A DNA stretch of 62,398 nucleotides, the filler included, from Asterionella formosa (Eukaryota), in assembly GCA_002256025.1 (NCBI GenBank). It is 6 parts of 6 records of this genome, joined end to end, with 100 filler letters (N's around TTAATTAATTAA, not from the genome) between each part and the next. Parts side by side here need not be neighbours in the genome. Positions count along the whole stretch, not along the records: positions 1 to 27,609 come from NKIB01001463.1; 5 more parts are not named here. One strand, 5' to 3'. The first letter of the stretch is position 1. Each line of letters starts with the position of its first letter. Shown here piece by piece: positions 1 to 11,627 of this stretch. The notes beneath the pieces were generated by a model. The model was not told the DNA's origin, ran no database searches, and saw nothing but the letters and a program-made list of their open reading frames with translations. Made by a program: the position numbers and the translations under genes.

Positions 1-2080
1 TTTCAAGTGTATGGGTGAAAGGGCGCTTATTTTATGATGCTCAAGTTACTTAGGCACTATCAAGTGACAGGGATAAGGATATGACAGGAATCATACAACA
101 AATAAATCGAAGGCGATATTTTTGTATTATGCTGCGTATATCATATAACAGTGAGTCCTCAAAACATGGGGTAATCCGTGTTCTGGCAATATTTTCGTCG
201 ATCGCACTTTTCAACCAATATTTTAGGAGAAACCAATTGCTATAAACTTATATCTAATGGCATAGCCTTAGAGCGTACATGCTCAGGATTGCGGTCGAAG
301 TTTTAAAATGAACAAATCTGCATTTGGTAGGGTCAAACCGTGTTTTTCTCCTGTTCAGTGGGTCACAGCGGTTCCAAATTTTTTTTAGTGGGTCACAGCA
401 GTTTTTTACTGGTACCGGTACCGGTAATGGTACCAGGTACCAGGTATGTAGCACCGTCGACAATTCTCGCGATGTAACCCGGTACTTTCTGTCTAATGGT
501 GGCTGCTCACGATGATGACATCATCACTAACCCAATCCAATTGCTTACAACTTTTCTCTCTCTCAGCTCAAATACATCCGCTGGTCAGCAATTCATGGCA
601 GAATACCTGCAGTCTATCCTAAACTGTCAAGATTTACGCTTAGTAGACTCATTTACTAAGCTTTGCATTAGTCAATTGCAGTTCAACTATGACACAACAG
701 AGGGCCCTTCGTTGTGCATCAACCTCTTCAAAATTCTGTCAGAATCGAAAACAAGGTGTAATCTTCTGATATTGAAATTATTTCCAATTCTATAATTGAT
801 GCCACCAGAGATGGCAATTGCTGTAACCAAATTATGAAGTGCTTATGCGATAAGAAACTGATGATTGTAGCGAAAACGGTAACAGATTTCGAAACCACCA
901 GCTAGTATCAAGAACATGATTGCAACTGTTCTCGTCATCTTGGGAAATTGCTTCACAGCCGCAGCCAACCGCCACTGTACCTGGTTGAAGCACATTGAAG
1001 CAAACCGCACAACCTAGTACTGACATTGTAGTGAACTCGAAATTCGTTTCTTCACGCAATAGCTCACCATTCTGGACAACATCATGATCCAAGCCTTTTG
1101 GCGAAATTCTCGCTACGCAAAATCGGTGCAAGTCATGATGGATATCCAGGTTGCAGTCGGCAATCCAATGATCTTATCACACCACCCACGCATTGCCGCA
1201 CTTTTCCTCCAGCCGAAACAAGATTGAGATGATCAATCTGATGAACATCACCATTGTTACCAGCAACAAGTCATGCACAACCATAGAAAGCACCAATCCG
1301 AGGATCACCAATATCGCTACACTAACCCTTTTGTTCGATGACAGGCAATCACCAACTCCTGGGGCAACATTCTTTTCTGACACCCCTCAGGCACATTCTG
1401 CCAGCTATGATTTCCTGGCCTCCGTCCTTCGCAAGGCACCCAAAATAATTTGTTCGACAAACTGCTGCTGGGGGCAAATATCCGATGTATACATCGACAA
1501 CTGCAAAAGAAATATGCACATGTTCAGCTGACAGGGGGGGACAACAAGAAAGCATTTCTGACGATTTTCAATGAAGCCATTTGAGGAGTCATGCCCCCAT
1601 CACCACAGAATTGACTAGTAGGGCAAACCCAAGTAGCTGTAACACCTCCAAAACACAAAGCCCACTTGCCGCCCACGCACGCACGCACGCCATCATTACA
1701 CCATCCGAACTTTGTCAACAAGACATGTAAAAACTATTCTGCACATGGAGATCACAATTTGCTTCTTGACTATATACATGCCCAGACCAACTCTTCATCA
1801 TTGTACACATGGCATGCCATTAATCTTGCCGCCATTACCTACTACATCTATGACACCAATTATTGGTAAAGCCACCAGAAAAAACGCTAATCAATTATGA
1901 TCATCACCCAAATTATTTATTTGGGTGGCCCAATATTGTGAATTTGGCATTACATAAAAAAATATGATGCATCACATCATATATATGATAGGAGTGAAAA
2001 AAATTAGTTTTGAAAAACTTCCATAATTTATGCTATTTGAGTTCTCAGAGCAGCCGATTTATGAACTTCCTCAATCTGAC

Positions 2081-2362
2081 AACTTGCTGGTAAGCGTTTC
2101 CTGTGTGTCATTTTTGATATTGGACTAAGGCACCCTTTAAGTGCTTACCAGCAAGTTATTGGTTTGAGAGAGATCTCAGTCCGCTGCACCAAAAACAATA
2201 CCCCAAATATCTCGGAGCAGCCAAGTCGGGAGGAGATATACTAGAGGATTAGTATACAAATTTTAGAGATTGTAGTCTGTTGCACCAACAACGATACCCC
2301 AAATTTCTTGGCGCAGCCAACAAGTTGGGAGGAGAGAGATAGAGGATTAGTATACAAATTTT
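2081..2362. repeat. 15-bp inverted repeat followed by a ~70-bp degenerate direct repeat (probable TE remnant)
   Basis: AACTTGCTGGTAAGC (2081-2095) pairs with GCTTACCAGCAAGTT (2143-2157). Two copies of ATACCCCAAAT...GGGAGGAGA...TAGAGGATTAGTATACAAATTTT at ~2194-2267 and ~2290-2362. Confidence 0.65.
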
Positions 2363-3511
2363 CAGTCTGGACGTCAAAACATGTTGCTAGTCGTGGCATC
2401 CGAATTCTATCTGTAAATGTCAATTGCTCCATGTGAAAGTGACAAAATTGAAGTTCCATGGATCCTTGCCCTCTGAAACCTCTCTCAAGATGTTGTTATT
2501 TTCAACCTCAAATATTCAAAAGAACACCTCCACTAAATTGCACAACTCTTGCTCAAAAGTACCTAGCAGGGAAGCCCAGTGCTATTGAATATTAATAATA
2601 GATTGCCAGTGTCCAATTGCTTTAATAGTCATTTTTGGATGGCTCTTGTGTACATACTATGCAAATATACCGGTATGCGAAAATGAGCTTTCATCCAACA
2701 CACGATTCTTGTCTGTACATGGGACCATGTATACAGGTAGCTACCTGTGCAGGTTGCAGTCATTTGGCGTAAGGTTGCTGCATTTGAAACTCTAGGCAAA
2801 AATTAAAATATTTCTCAGGTTTGCCTAGTACATTCCCTGGAATTAAGAATTTCATGAGCTATTTTTGAATGACATGATTCCATTTGAAATATTTAAATCA
2901 GTGAAAATTTGCACATATGTACTACTAGTACATAGATTCCTTTTCGAATCTGCTAAATATGTATGAAAACATTCTACACTGCTTAATGTATATACAACCT
3001 AGTAGTATGATACTACTACAATCAACATATATGTGTCTTATGACCTGGTAGTGGGTGGGAAAATATTTGAATGTGCATTCTAGTGCTGGTACGCATACAA
3101 TCCATGATGATCAGCTACCGGCAGTGGAGCAGTAAGCAATGTACTGGTAAACACCCCCAAATAGATAGAAATGCATCTAGTGTGGCTGGCGTACTAGGTT
3201 TGCAATGCCCTGCAAATTAGCACAATCAAATGGAGCAAGCAAAGTAATTCACATGATTGACAAATCATATTACATGTGTGGAAGGGGGCAATTGCAATGG
3301 AATTTATTGGACAGGTTATTTTAGAACTAAAAATTCCAGAGCAGGACTACTATTCTGATGATGACATTTTGGCTCATAGTTTTTCAGATTCTGATATTTT
3401 GCCATTGTAGAAAAGGTAGTCAAAATTTTGGACAATGATGGCTCAATGTTTGCTGGGTCTGAAGGTGATTTAGAGACATAGCTAACTTTCAAATAGCATT
3501 AGTATATATCT

Positions 3512-3732
3512 TCTGGCAAGAAACTGCAGAAAGGGTCTTTGGTCTTTTTACTATACAAAATAAAGAGAATTCCCCATATTTTTCTTGTCTTTCTATTTTT
3601 AGCATAGAGTAGAAAAACCAAAGTTTGGTCTTTTTACCATACAAAATTAAAAAAATTCCCCATATTTTTCTTGTCTTTCTAGTTTTAGCATAGTAGAAAA
3701 ACCAAATTTTCTTTCTGCAGTTTCTTGCCAGA
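3512..3732. mobile_element. MITE-like element with perfect 22-bp TIRs and an internal tandem duplication
   Basis: TCTGGCAAGAAACTGCAGAAAG (3512-3533) and CTTTCTGCAGTTTCTTGCCAGA (3711-3732). The interior is two ~85-bp copies (3538-3622, 3624-3706). Confidence 0.7.
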
Positions 3733-4430
3733 TCCTATATCCTGATGATATATAGAGTGGACCTACAACACCCCCTATTTGACAGAAGACTGTATGTAAG
3801 CATAAAGAAAGAGGTTAATTGGTGAAAGGTTTGTTGAGAGTTATACACATCAATTTGTTTCATGAAAAATATGTGTTTGAATCAATATTTATTTCTTTAA
3901 CCCTACCTCGAGCTAGGGGTTCTATTGGATAAAGAGAGCTAAACGTTTCTTTTCAGCAGAATTTCCGGCACCGCAACGTGTTGGCACCTGGTCGTCTACC
4001 AGTAAGTGAAAGAATATTCTGAAGGAGAGTGCGTGCCGTCATGTATGGTATATGCATCATATGTGCATACGACGATGTAACGCATCGTCGCCGTTGCTAT
4101 GCCCATAGAGAACTCCCCGCATCAGCTCGTCCACCGCTTATCGACTCTCCCTTTTGTTGCATCATCGTCACTGCTTGGAAGAAAGCCGCTGTTAAAACGC
4201 TTGACATCACCACCATACAAATATCATCCCACGATATCCAGTACCCTCCTGGTACAATAACCAAGTTATCATTCTCATTGTTATTCCGACTTTCGATCTG
4301 ATTGATTTCCTTTCGACGAAAGAGAACAAAAAGTCAACGGAAGCAAAGGACCAAACAGAAGAATAATCATTGGCGAGAGAGAGAGAGAGCAGCAGCAGCA
4401 GTCTGTTCGTACCAAACGTTTCTCGCCATA

Positions 4431-6966
4431 ATGATGTCCGCACCTGATCGCGTGCAGGTGGATCATGCCGGAGCTCATGGGTCTGGTAGGATTGCTTCTA
4501 CTGTTGGAACAGACCCGTCGTTGGCAATGGCTCCAGCCCCAGCTGCAGAACCACCAGAAGTAGCACGGCGATCCACTCCATGGACCATTGGTTCCACGGA
4601 AACTGTGGCCCTTTTGGAGCATCTTAACAACAACATGTCCACTGCTGCTGCTACTGCTGCTGCTGCTGGCTATCCTGGAGAAGGAGAAGGCGCACTGGTA
4701 GATCAAGCAGGCGTGCGACGGGCAACTCCTTCGCCACCTCCAGCAAGCCTTCGAGCCGCTGCAGACGGTGGACCCACGGGAATGGCCGTGGGAGGTGGAG
4801 TTGCTATTGGGGCAGGTGGGGAGGCAACCTCCCTACAAGGACTAACAGCCAACATGCAACAGTCACACTTTCAGCATCGACTCGTTCATCAAGCTTCCAC
4901 TTCAGCTGCGGTAGAGGCAGTGCTGACAGCCAGTTGTGATGTCATGGGATTTGATATTGCAGAGGTATGGCTCAGAACTGGACTAAAGACACATCAGCTC
5001 ATCAACTCACATTTGAGACCATGTGCATTGGAAGACACTGTCCGGGATGAACTCATGGATGTGTACTATGGAGAACGGTCGTCGGAACGAACACACAGGC
5101 TCTCGCCAGCACTTTGCAAAAGAGCCAAGGAAGCCATGGATGTTGTATGGGTCACTGCACATACCTTGCATGGAGCAGAAGCGCTCAAACTTTCCATTAG
5201 TGATGTCAGAACAGCTGTGGCTGTTCCTGTATGCCATGAAGAGTCAAATACTAACTTGACTGTCATTTTCTTCTCCATTCGAAGGTACGTTTTCTAATAC
5301 ATTGCATGTATAGGCTGATGGATGTGTCTTTGTGATACATATATTCATAGATGTATATTTGTCGTCTACTAATGACCAACACATTATTATTCCAGAATCA
5401 TTATGAAACCACCATCAGTTGAATTCCTGGTCCACATGTCCCTAGCCACTGGAATCGCTTCTGTCAATGCATTAGCTGATGAAAGTGACAGAGACATTAC
5501 AATGAAGGAGGATTCAATTATCAACGCCATGATGATGATGGTACCCAAAGCCATGTCTCAATCAGAACACATTCCATCATCAGCACCCATGTTACGACCG
5601 AATATTTTCTCAGCCAGAGTATCTGTCACAGGAGCCAAATTGGACCTACAATGGAAAGCATTGAGAAATGTGGAATACTTGACTGATGGAGGCAATTCAT
5701 GGATCCATACTGCCATTTTGGATGGCAAACCTGTGGTTATCAAGACGTTGAAACCTGAATGTCAAGATCTGGCACTTGCGATTAATGAAATTGAAAGTGA
5801 ACTTGGTACGTGACTATCATCCATGTTACTGTGGATAAATACTACTCTGCTCTATTGCTATGTTTGCCGCATATGTTACTACTACTACCGGTACTTACAT
5901 TGCTATGACTTTCAAAACAACAACTCACACTCGATTGTCGTCATATTCGGGTAAACACAGCTGTCCATTCAAGGTTGCATGATCCTAACATTTGCGCTCT
6001 ACTTGGTGCCGGCACCACGACAAAGGGGGTGCGATTCATTGTTATGGAACGACTGGACGGGGGAACATTGACGCAAATGCTTGGATATGATACCAGAATA
6101 CGAGATCGACGAAAGAGATTTTGGAGAAAGAAGCAAATGTCATATTTGGATGTGTTGCAGTGTGCTCGATCCATTGCAAGTGCCATGGAATACTGTCAAG
6201 TCAAGGCGATTCCTGGAAGTATGGTACTTCATCGTGATCTTAAACCTGATAATATTGGATTTACATTAAATGGACAAGTCAAGGTTATAGACTTTGGGTT
6301 GGCTAAAATTGTGGACAATGCGTCAGCCATGTCAGATGAAGTATATATTATGAGTGGAGAGACAGGATCACTTCGATACATGGCACCTGAAGTGGCGGAT
6401 TCTCTTCCCTACAATCACAAGGCAGATGTTTACTCGTTTGGTACGTGCCATGTGTGTGTGTGTATAAAAAATGTTTTGTCTCATTATATTTATACCTCAT
6501 GTGTGATCGTCATCATGACCTTCTATAGGCATCATTTTGTGGGAAATGAATTCTTGCAAAAAGCCATTTGACGGATTAAACAGGGATGCCTTTTATGAAA
6601 GGATTGTTCACGGTGGAGAACGACCACCATTGAACAAAAAGTGGCCAGAAGAATTAAAGACGTTGATGAATGAATGCTGGAAGTAAGTGTCTCATGTCGT
6701 TGATGTTTTGGTAAAACTGAAGTTATATGACCTCTTGATGATGCAGGATGGCTTATTATCTATGATGCTAACGATTTGCTAATTTTGATATTTTGTTTCA
6801 ATTCCATTCCCCCAAAAGTCCCAATTTTAACGCCCGTCCAACCTTTAGTGAAATTGTTGCCCGTTTGGATTCAATGATATCCAAAGAAAAGGGAGGAGGT
6901 GGTTCAGCGAAAAAGACCATTCGAAAGTTGACGGGTATTATCGATCGACATTCGACTTGGTTTTAG
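4431..6966 (+). CDS. TKL-type protein kinase with N-terminal GAF-like domain (5 exons, ~681 aa)
   Basis: Exons 4431-5284, 5396-5805, 5961-6440, 6529-6682, 6819-6966 join in frame through GT-AG introns. Kinase motifs VIK, HRDLKPDN, DFG, YMAPE, DVYSFG, CW..RP. GAF-like segment FDIAEVWLR...AVAVPV...VIFFS. Confidence 0.9.
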
Positions 6967-7393
6967 TGCGAGCGCAGCACACAACAACAAATGTATGTTC
7001 TGTTTTGGATTTGTAACCTTTTGCGTAATTTATGTAGGTGGAGGAAGGACATGGACTATGGCGGAAATAAACGAACGCTCTTCTCTCCTTGTGTTCTTTA
7101 AGGTTACAAACAAACATGGCGATGATCAAACTATATATGTTATGTATACGGTGGCAGGCTGAATAGGAAAGGACAAAAATTGGAATGTTCAACAATTCGT
7201 GCCCAGCTTTTCATTATTGGTTCACCACACAGTTTCCACAAATAATTATAGATTGCATTTATCTGTTTTCATTGAAGTGTTTGACTAATAAATGTATTCT
7301 TCAGTGATACTCTATATGTAAGTAGATAGGTTACAGCATCCACAGGATGTCAGCATCGAAACGACCGAGTTTATTGTATTACCATAGTTATCC

Positions 7394-8929
7394 CTACAAT
7401 AACGAAAGGTTATCTTCTCCTAGACCGTCTATTTTGATATATTCGGTCAATCGATCGAGAGGAATGGTCTCATATGGTTCCTCGTCGTCATTCCATTGCG
7501 ACTTTAAAATGTTCCCATTCAAGATAAATCTAACCAAGTGATTAGTTTCTCCACTAGTATTGCAAACGGCTTCGATCAATTCCAATGTCAGGGTGCTGCC
7601 ATATTCCGGCCACACGGCCGGTTGTTCCAATCGAAGGGCACACAACAAACCAATCAAGGTCGAATCATGTGCAGAATATAGAATGACTGGAAATGATCCA
7701 TTTTGTATCATGGCATGCATAGACTCCACCATGGCATGTACCATGGGATTCATGGCAAGATATGCCAATCTAGGATGACGCAACAAATGGAACCATTTTG
7801 ACGCTGTGAATGTCGCAATCCTTTCTTGATCGTCGGTTGTGATGGTTGAAGGAAGCAACCCTCGCACTGCTAAACATTTGATAACTTCAGCCAATTGTGG
7901 CAATGTTAGCGATGATGGCTGATGGTTAAAATCAACGATAATGGTATCATTCTTTTCTTCTCCAACTCCAAATGAAACTCCAAACGCCCCTTTTCCTAAC
8001 AATGGCAGGAGGGCCTGTGTTACGTGAATTGCAACTGGTTGCAACTCCATTTCTTGATGGTGAAGCATCTGACTTTTGGCCAACATGGCTTCTAATTTCT
8101 CTTGTTCTTCTGTACGTCTTGGTTGAGGATCTGGTATCATTTTGTCTGTTTGTCGAACATCAATTTCCATGTCAACGACTTGATCTGGGAAGAGACCAAT
8201 CAATGTTCCCCGTACACTTAGAATAGTCCTAGGAAAGTCTGTGCTAAATACCTTGACATGAGATGGAAGAAGAGGATTGTTGGTGGAATGAAAGATACGT
8301 CCCTGATTTAAAAATACATTGCCACGTTCATCATGGATGTTGTCATTGTTGTCACTATTCCGTGTCCATTCGAATTGGTCTCTTAGAGCAGTCCCAACGC
8401 CCACCATTTGCAAAAGGCCCAGTTGCGTCAATTTTCCGAATGGCCCTTGTCCGCCCGCAGGATGGGTCGGAACAGCCATTGACGCTGATGATTCCTGACT
8501 TGTTTGTTGACTAACGACGGTGGTTCCCTTTGCAACTAAAGTCAAGACATGTTCTGATGGGAGTGTGGAGGCCCAGTAGTCAGTATCCGCCATGGGCGTA
8601 ATGGGAGTGCGGTCTCCATGACGATGTACCACTTGCGATTGCAATACACGAAATGTGGTGGGTCTTTGATGGGAAACGTGTGATGACCATTGAGGAATCT
8701 TGGGTACAATTCTAGCGGACCGTGAATGGATAGAAGAAGTAGCCAATGCTGCTGAAAATCCTGATGGAGACGATGTAGTTGTTGTGGATGGCACCGATGC
8801 TGCCACAACAAGAAACAATCTCCTTGAAGCGTACAGCGTCAGGGATGTCAGTACTATTACTGGTAAGCGATACAACTTGGTGAATGGCATACCGGTACTG
8901 GCATTTCGAAAACTATTGGTCCTCATCAT
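7394..8929 (-). CDS. Histidine acid phosphatase (branch 2, ACP6/lysosomal acid phosphatase-like)
   Basis: 511-aa ORF with catalytic RHGDRTP, STDFPRT and YSAHD. Hydrophobic then Ser/Thr-rich N-terminus suggests a targeting peptide. Confidence 0.9.
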   Translation of the reverse strand: MMRTNSFRNASTGMPFTKLYRLPVIVLTSLTLYASRRLFLVVAASVPSTTTTSSPSGFSAALATSSIHSRSARIVPKIPQWSSHVSHQRPTTFRVLQSQVVHRHGDRTPITPMADTDYWASTLPSEHVLTLVAKGTTVVSQQTSQESSASMAVPTHPAGGQGPFGKLTQLGLLQMVGVGTALRDQFEWTRNSDNNDNIHDERGNVFLNQGRIFHSTNNPLLPSHVKVFSTDFPRTILSVRGTLIGLFPDQVVDMEIDVRQTDKMIPDPQPRRTEEQEKLEAMLAKSQMLHHQEMELQPVAIHVTQALLPLLGKGAFGVSFGVGEEKNDTIIVDFNHQPSSLTLPQLAEVIKCLAVRGLLPSTITTDDQERIATFTASKWFHLLRHPRLAYLAMNPMVHAMVESMHAMIQNGSFPVILYSAHDSTLIGLLCALRLEQPAVWPEYGSTLTLELIEAVCNTSGETNHLVRFILNGNILKSQWNDDEEPYETIPLDRLTEYIKIDGLGEDNLSLL

Positions 8930-9386
8930 GCTTCTTTGTGAGGGATAAAATATGTTATTTTTACTACGTATAAAATTATATTTTTTTCAATGAGCGAACG
9001 CGAATCTTCGAGTTGCTTGGTGAGGATGACGATGGTGATTATGCTCTGACGCATCGCTCATGTTGTTGTATTTGTCCGACCTGCCTCTGCCTACTGTATT
9101 CATATACTGGCAACGGGTTCTCCATCCAATGATGGCTTAATACCACTTGGTACCGGTTGTCTGTATGGTAGATACATTTATACATAGACATTCCTATATA
9201 TGTATATGTGTTTATTAGATAATATTCATGTTGGGGTAATTAACCATTCTGATGAGGCGGCCATCATAATCATCCTATCGGAAGAATCAACAAACCAACT
9301 AACTCTACGCATGGTTTAATTAAATTCATCTTCGTCTTGACATTTTCTTTCGTTTGCGCCCTCCCCCAACATTGACATCACATCAC

Positions 9387-11627
9387 ATGATGACAGAGAG
9401 ACTCAAGCAGCGACGTCCAAATTCTAGAACTCCCGAGCATCAACAGGATAGTACAGCACGAAAGGAGAATCATCATCCTCATCATCATTATGATGAAAAG
9501 TCGTCGAGACTACTAATGATACGTAGTCCACTTCAAATCAAAACCACCCATTTATTTGGTATTGTGCTCCTGTTTGTCGCGACTACTGTTGTAATTTATA
9601 CCAGAGACATATGGATTGGATCTCCAGGGAGCATTAGAGGTGGATTGATAGGCAGGTTGGTTGATTCAACCATGCGACGGCGAATATTGACGATGCGGTT
9701 GAACCAGAGAAAACAAATACTATTAGACCTCAATCTACAACTTCCAGCATCGAGTCAACTAGTCAACCAAAGGGGAATTGTTAACCTACCCCAGTCTACT
9801 GTCGAGCAAATATTAGTCAGATCCGCCTCAAGAAATATGGAACAGAAAATGGCTTTGAACCGCGCTACTGAATGGAAGAAAAACGGTTGTAAAGGGAGCG
9901 ATTCTGCCATTCCGGATCAGATATTACAACCTAATTACGGGTCCTGGTTTAGACCACTTGTTGGTCGAAATGATATAAAGAGATTACAATTTAGCGACGA
10001 TGAATCATATCAGTTAATCAAGCAAGACTTTCCTATGATTCTTCCCATGTACAAAAGGACCCTAGAAACGGATGCACGGATCCTGATTTGGTCTGTTTGT
10101 GCTATATATCAATATGGAGGCTACTTTCTTGGCAATTCAACTCGCTTGGTTGACGCGGAAATTAGAAAAATATACGACAAGCCTCCTTCTTCTTGCTCTG
10201 ATTTTGGGATTGCATTTTTGAGCAGTACTAGTCTCACATTACTTGCCGCTTCACCAAGACACCCTCAACTCGAATTGGCAATACAAAAATTTGAAAGGGC
10301 TAAATGGGATCAAGAATTGAGTATCGCATCATTCCTCAATTTTACTTTTGAGAATTTGAAATCTACTACTGAGTTTCGTATATACGCAGACTCTCCAGCT
10401 CCAGACGACATACACCCGCAACAAAGAGTTGAAGTAGTCATATCTGAAGTTGTTGATGCTCCAAAAACACAAAAGACAATCAAAAATCCTTTGAATGATC
10501 AACTCATTAATGCTGGTTGTATAGCAGGATGGCTGTGCAATCGTTGCCTACGACTTTCCTTTCGGGGGTCCTATTCGACTTGCAAATCGTTTTGTAATTC
10601 TTGTTTTGAAAATATAATATGTGATAGGAAGGAGACAGCTGCAATGAATACCATCACACTCGAAGTGAAACGCCAAGGACCCAACCGACATTTGATTCCA
10701 AGAATTATTCATCAGACTTTTTCCGAGGACCTTTCTACAGATCGTTATTTGCAACTTGTCCGGTTCCAGAATACATGGAAAAGTTCTGGATGGGAATATC
10801 GCTTTTACGACGACAATGACATTCGCAATTACTTGATTAAGAACTTTCCACCGAGAGTGATGGATGCCTTTGATGCTGTGAAGCAAGGTGCATTCAAGGC
10901 AGATCTGTTTCGGTATCTTGTGCTGACAAGGGAGGGAGGCATCTATGTGGACATTGATGTTGTCTTAGACACCAACCTAGATCTTTTTGTACCCCCCAAT
11001 CTCTCATTTTTCGCTCCCATTGATATTGTGTGCGACTATGCGGCACCAGGAAGTTTTTGTCTGTGGAACGGTTTGATAGGGTCTGCTCCAGGACATCCGA
11101 TTGTTGCAAAGGCCGTAGAGAAAAGCCTGACAAACATTTTAAACCGAGCTGACTACTATGATATAGAACGTACTATATGTCATTTATCCAATGGGTCAGC
11201 AGAAATTTGGAAATTACGTCTTCTTCCCATTCTCTCCATCACTGGACCCTGCTTACTTGGCATTGCCATGAACGAGGTACTTAGGAGAGAACCGTTGGAC
11301 AACTTTGAAGCGGGTTGGGTTTTTAATTCAATGGATCCTGGAGCAGTTGGAGACGTGCTTTTGCTTCAGGCTAGTAAAGGAGACATGGGTGCCTTTCGTT
11401 TCACTGATGTAGATCGTGGTGTTGTCGTGGCTTCTACCAACATGGAGGGAATGCTACCCACTGATAAGGATGCCTTCGATGCAGACATTTTGGAAATCCC
11501 CAAAGAAACAAGGAGTGAGGTTAACCACTATTCCAAAGCTGAGATAGGGGTTGACATTTTTGGGTCTGAACGTGTCTATATTGACAAGTTTGTGGCAAAT
11601 GAAGTAATTAGTTTGCTACTTATGTAA
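9387..11627 (+). CDS. Glycosyltransferase family 32 (OCH1/SUR1-like), type II membrane protein
   Basis: N-terminal TM (LFGIVLLFVATTVVIY), IPRIIHQT, ADLFRYLVL, GGIYVDID (DxD), APGHP, TGP. First in-frame ATG at 9387. Confidence 0.85.
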   Translation: MMTERLKQRRPNSRTPEHQQDSTARKENHHPHHHYDEKSSRLLMIRSPLQIKTTHLFGIVLLFVATTVVIYTRDIWIGSPGSIRGGLIGRLVDSTMRRRILTMRLNQRKQILLDLNLQLPASSQLVNQRGIVNLPQSTVEQILVRSASRNMEQKMALNRATEWKKNGCKGSDSAIPDQILQPNYGSWFRPLVGRNDIKRLQFSDDESYQLIKQDFPMILPMYKRTLETDARILIWSVCAIYQYGGYFLGNSTRLVDAEIRKIYDKPPSSCSDFGIAFLSSTSLTLLAASPRHPQLELAIQKFERAKWDQELSIASFLNFTFENLKSTTEFRIYADSPAPDDIHPQQRVEVVISEVVDAPKTQKTIKNPLNDQLINAGCIAGWLCNRCLRLSFRGSYSTCKSFCNSCFENIICDRKETAAMNTITLEVKRQGPNRHLIPRIIHQTFSEDLSTDRYLQLVRFQNTWKSSGWEYRFYDDNDIRNYLIKNFPPRVMDAFDAVKQGAFKADLFRYLVLTREGGIYVDIDVVLDTNLDLFVPPNLSFFAPIDIVCDYAAPGSFCLWNGLIGSAPGHPIVAKAVEKSLTNILNRADYYDIERTICHLSNGSAEIWKLRLLPILSITGPCLLGIAMNEVLRREPLDNFEAGWVFNSMDPGAVGDVLLLQASKGDMGAFRFTDVDRGVVVASTNMEGMLPTDKDAFDADILEIPKETRSEVNHYSKAEIGVDIFGSERVYIDKFVANEVISLLLM

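Noticed and set aside
496..1900. Short ORFs as host genes
   Set aside because: The + strand looks coding-like but has multiple stops. Probably a decayed TE; I cannot assign a family.
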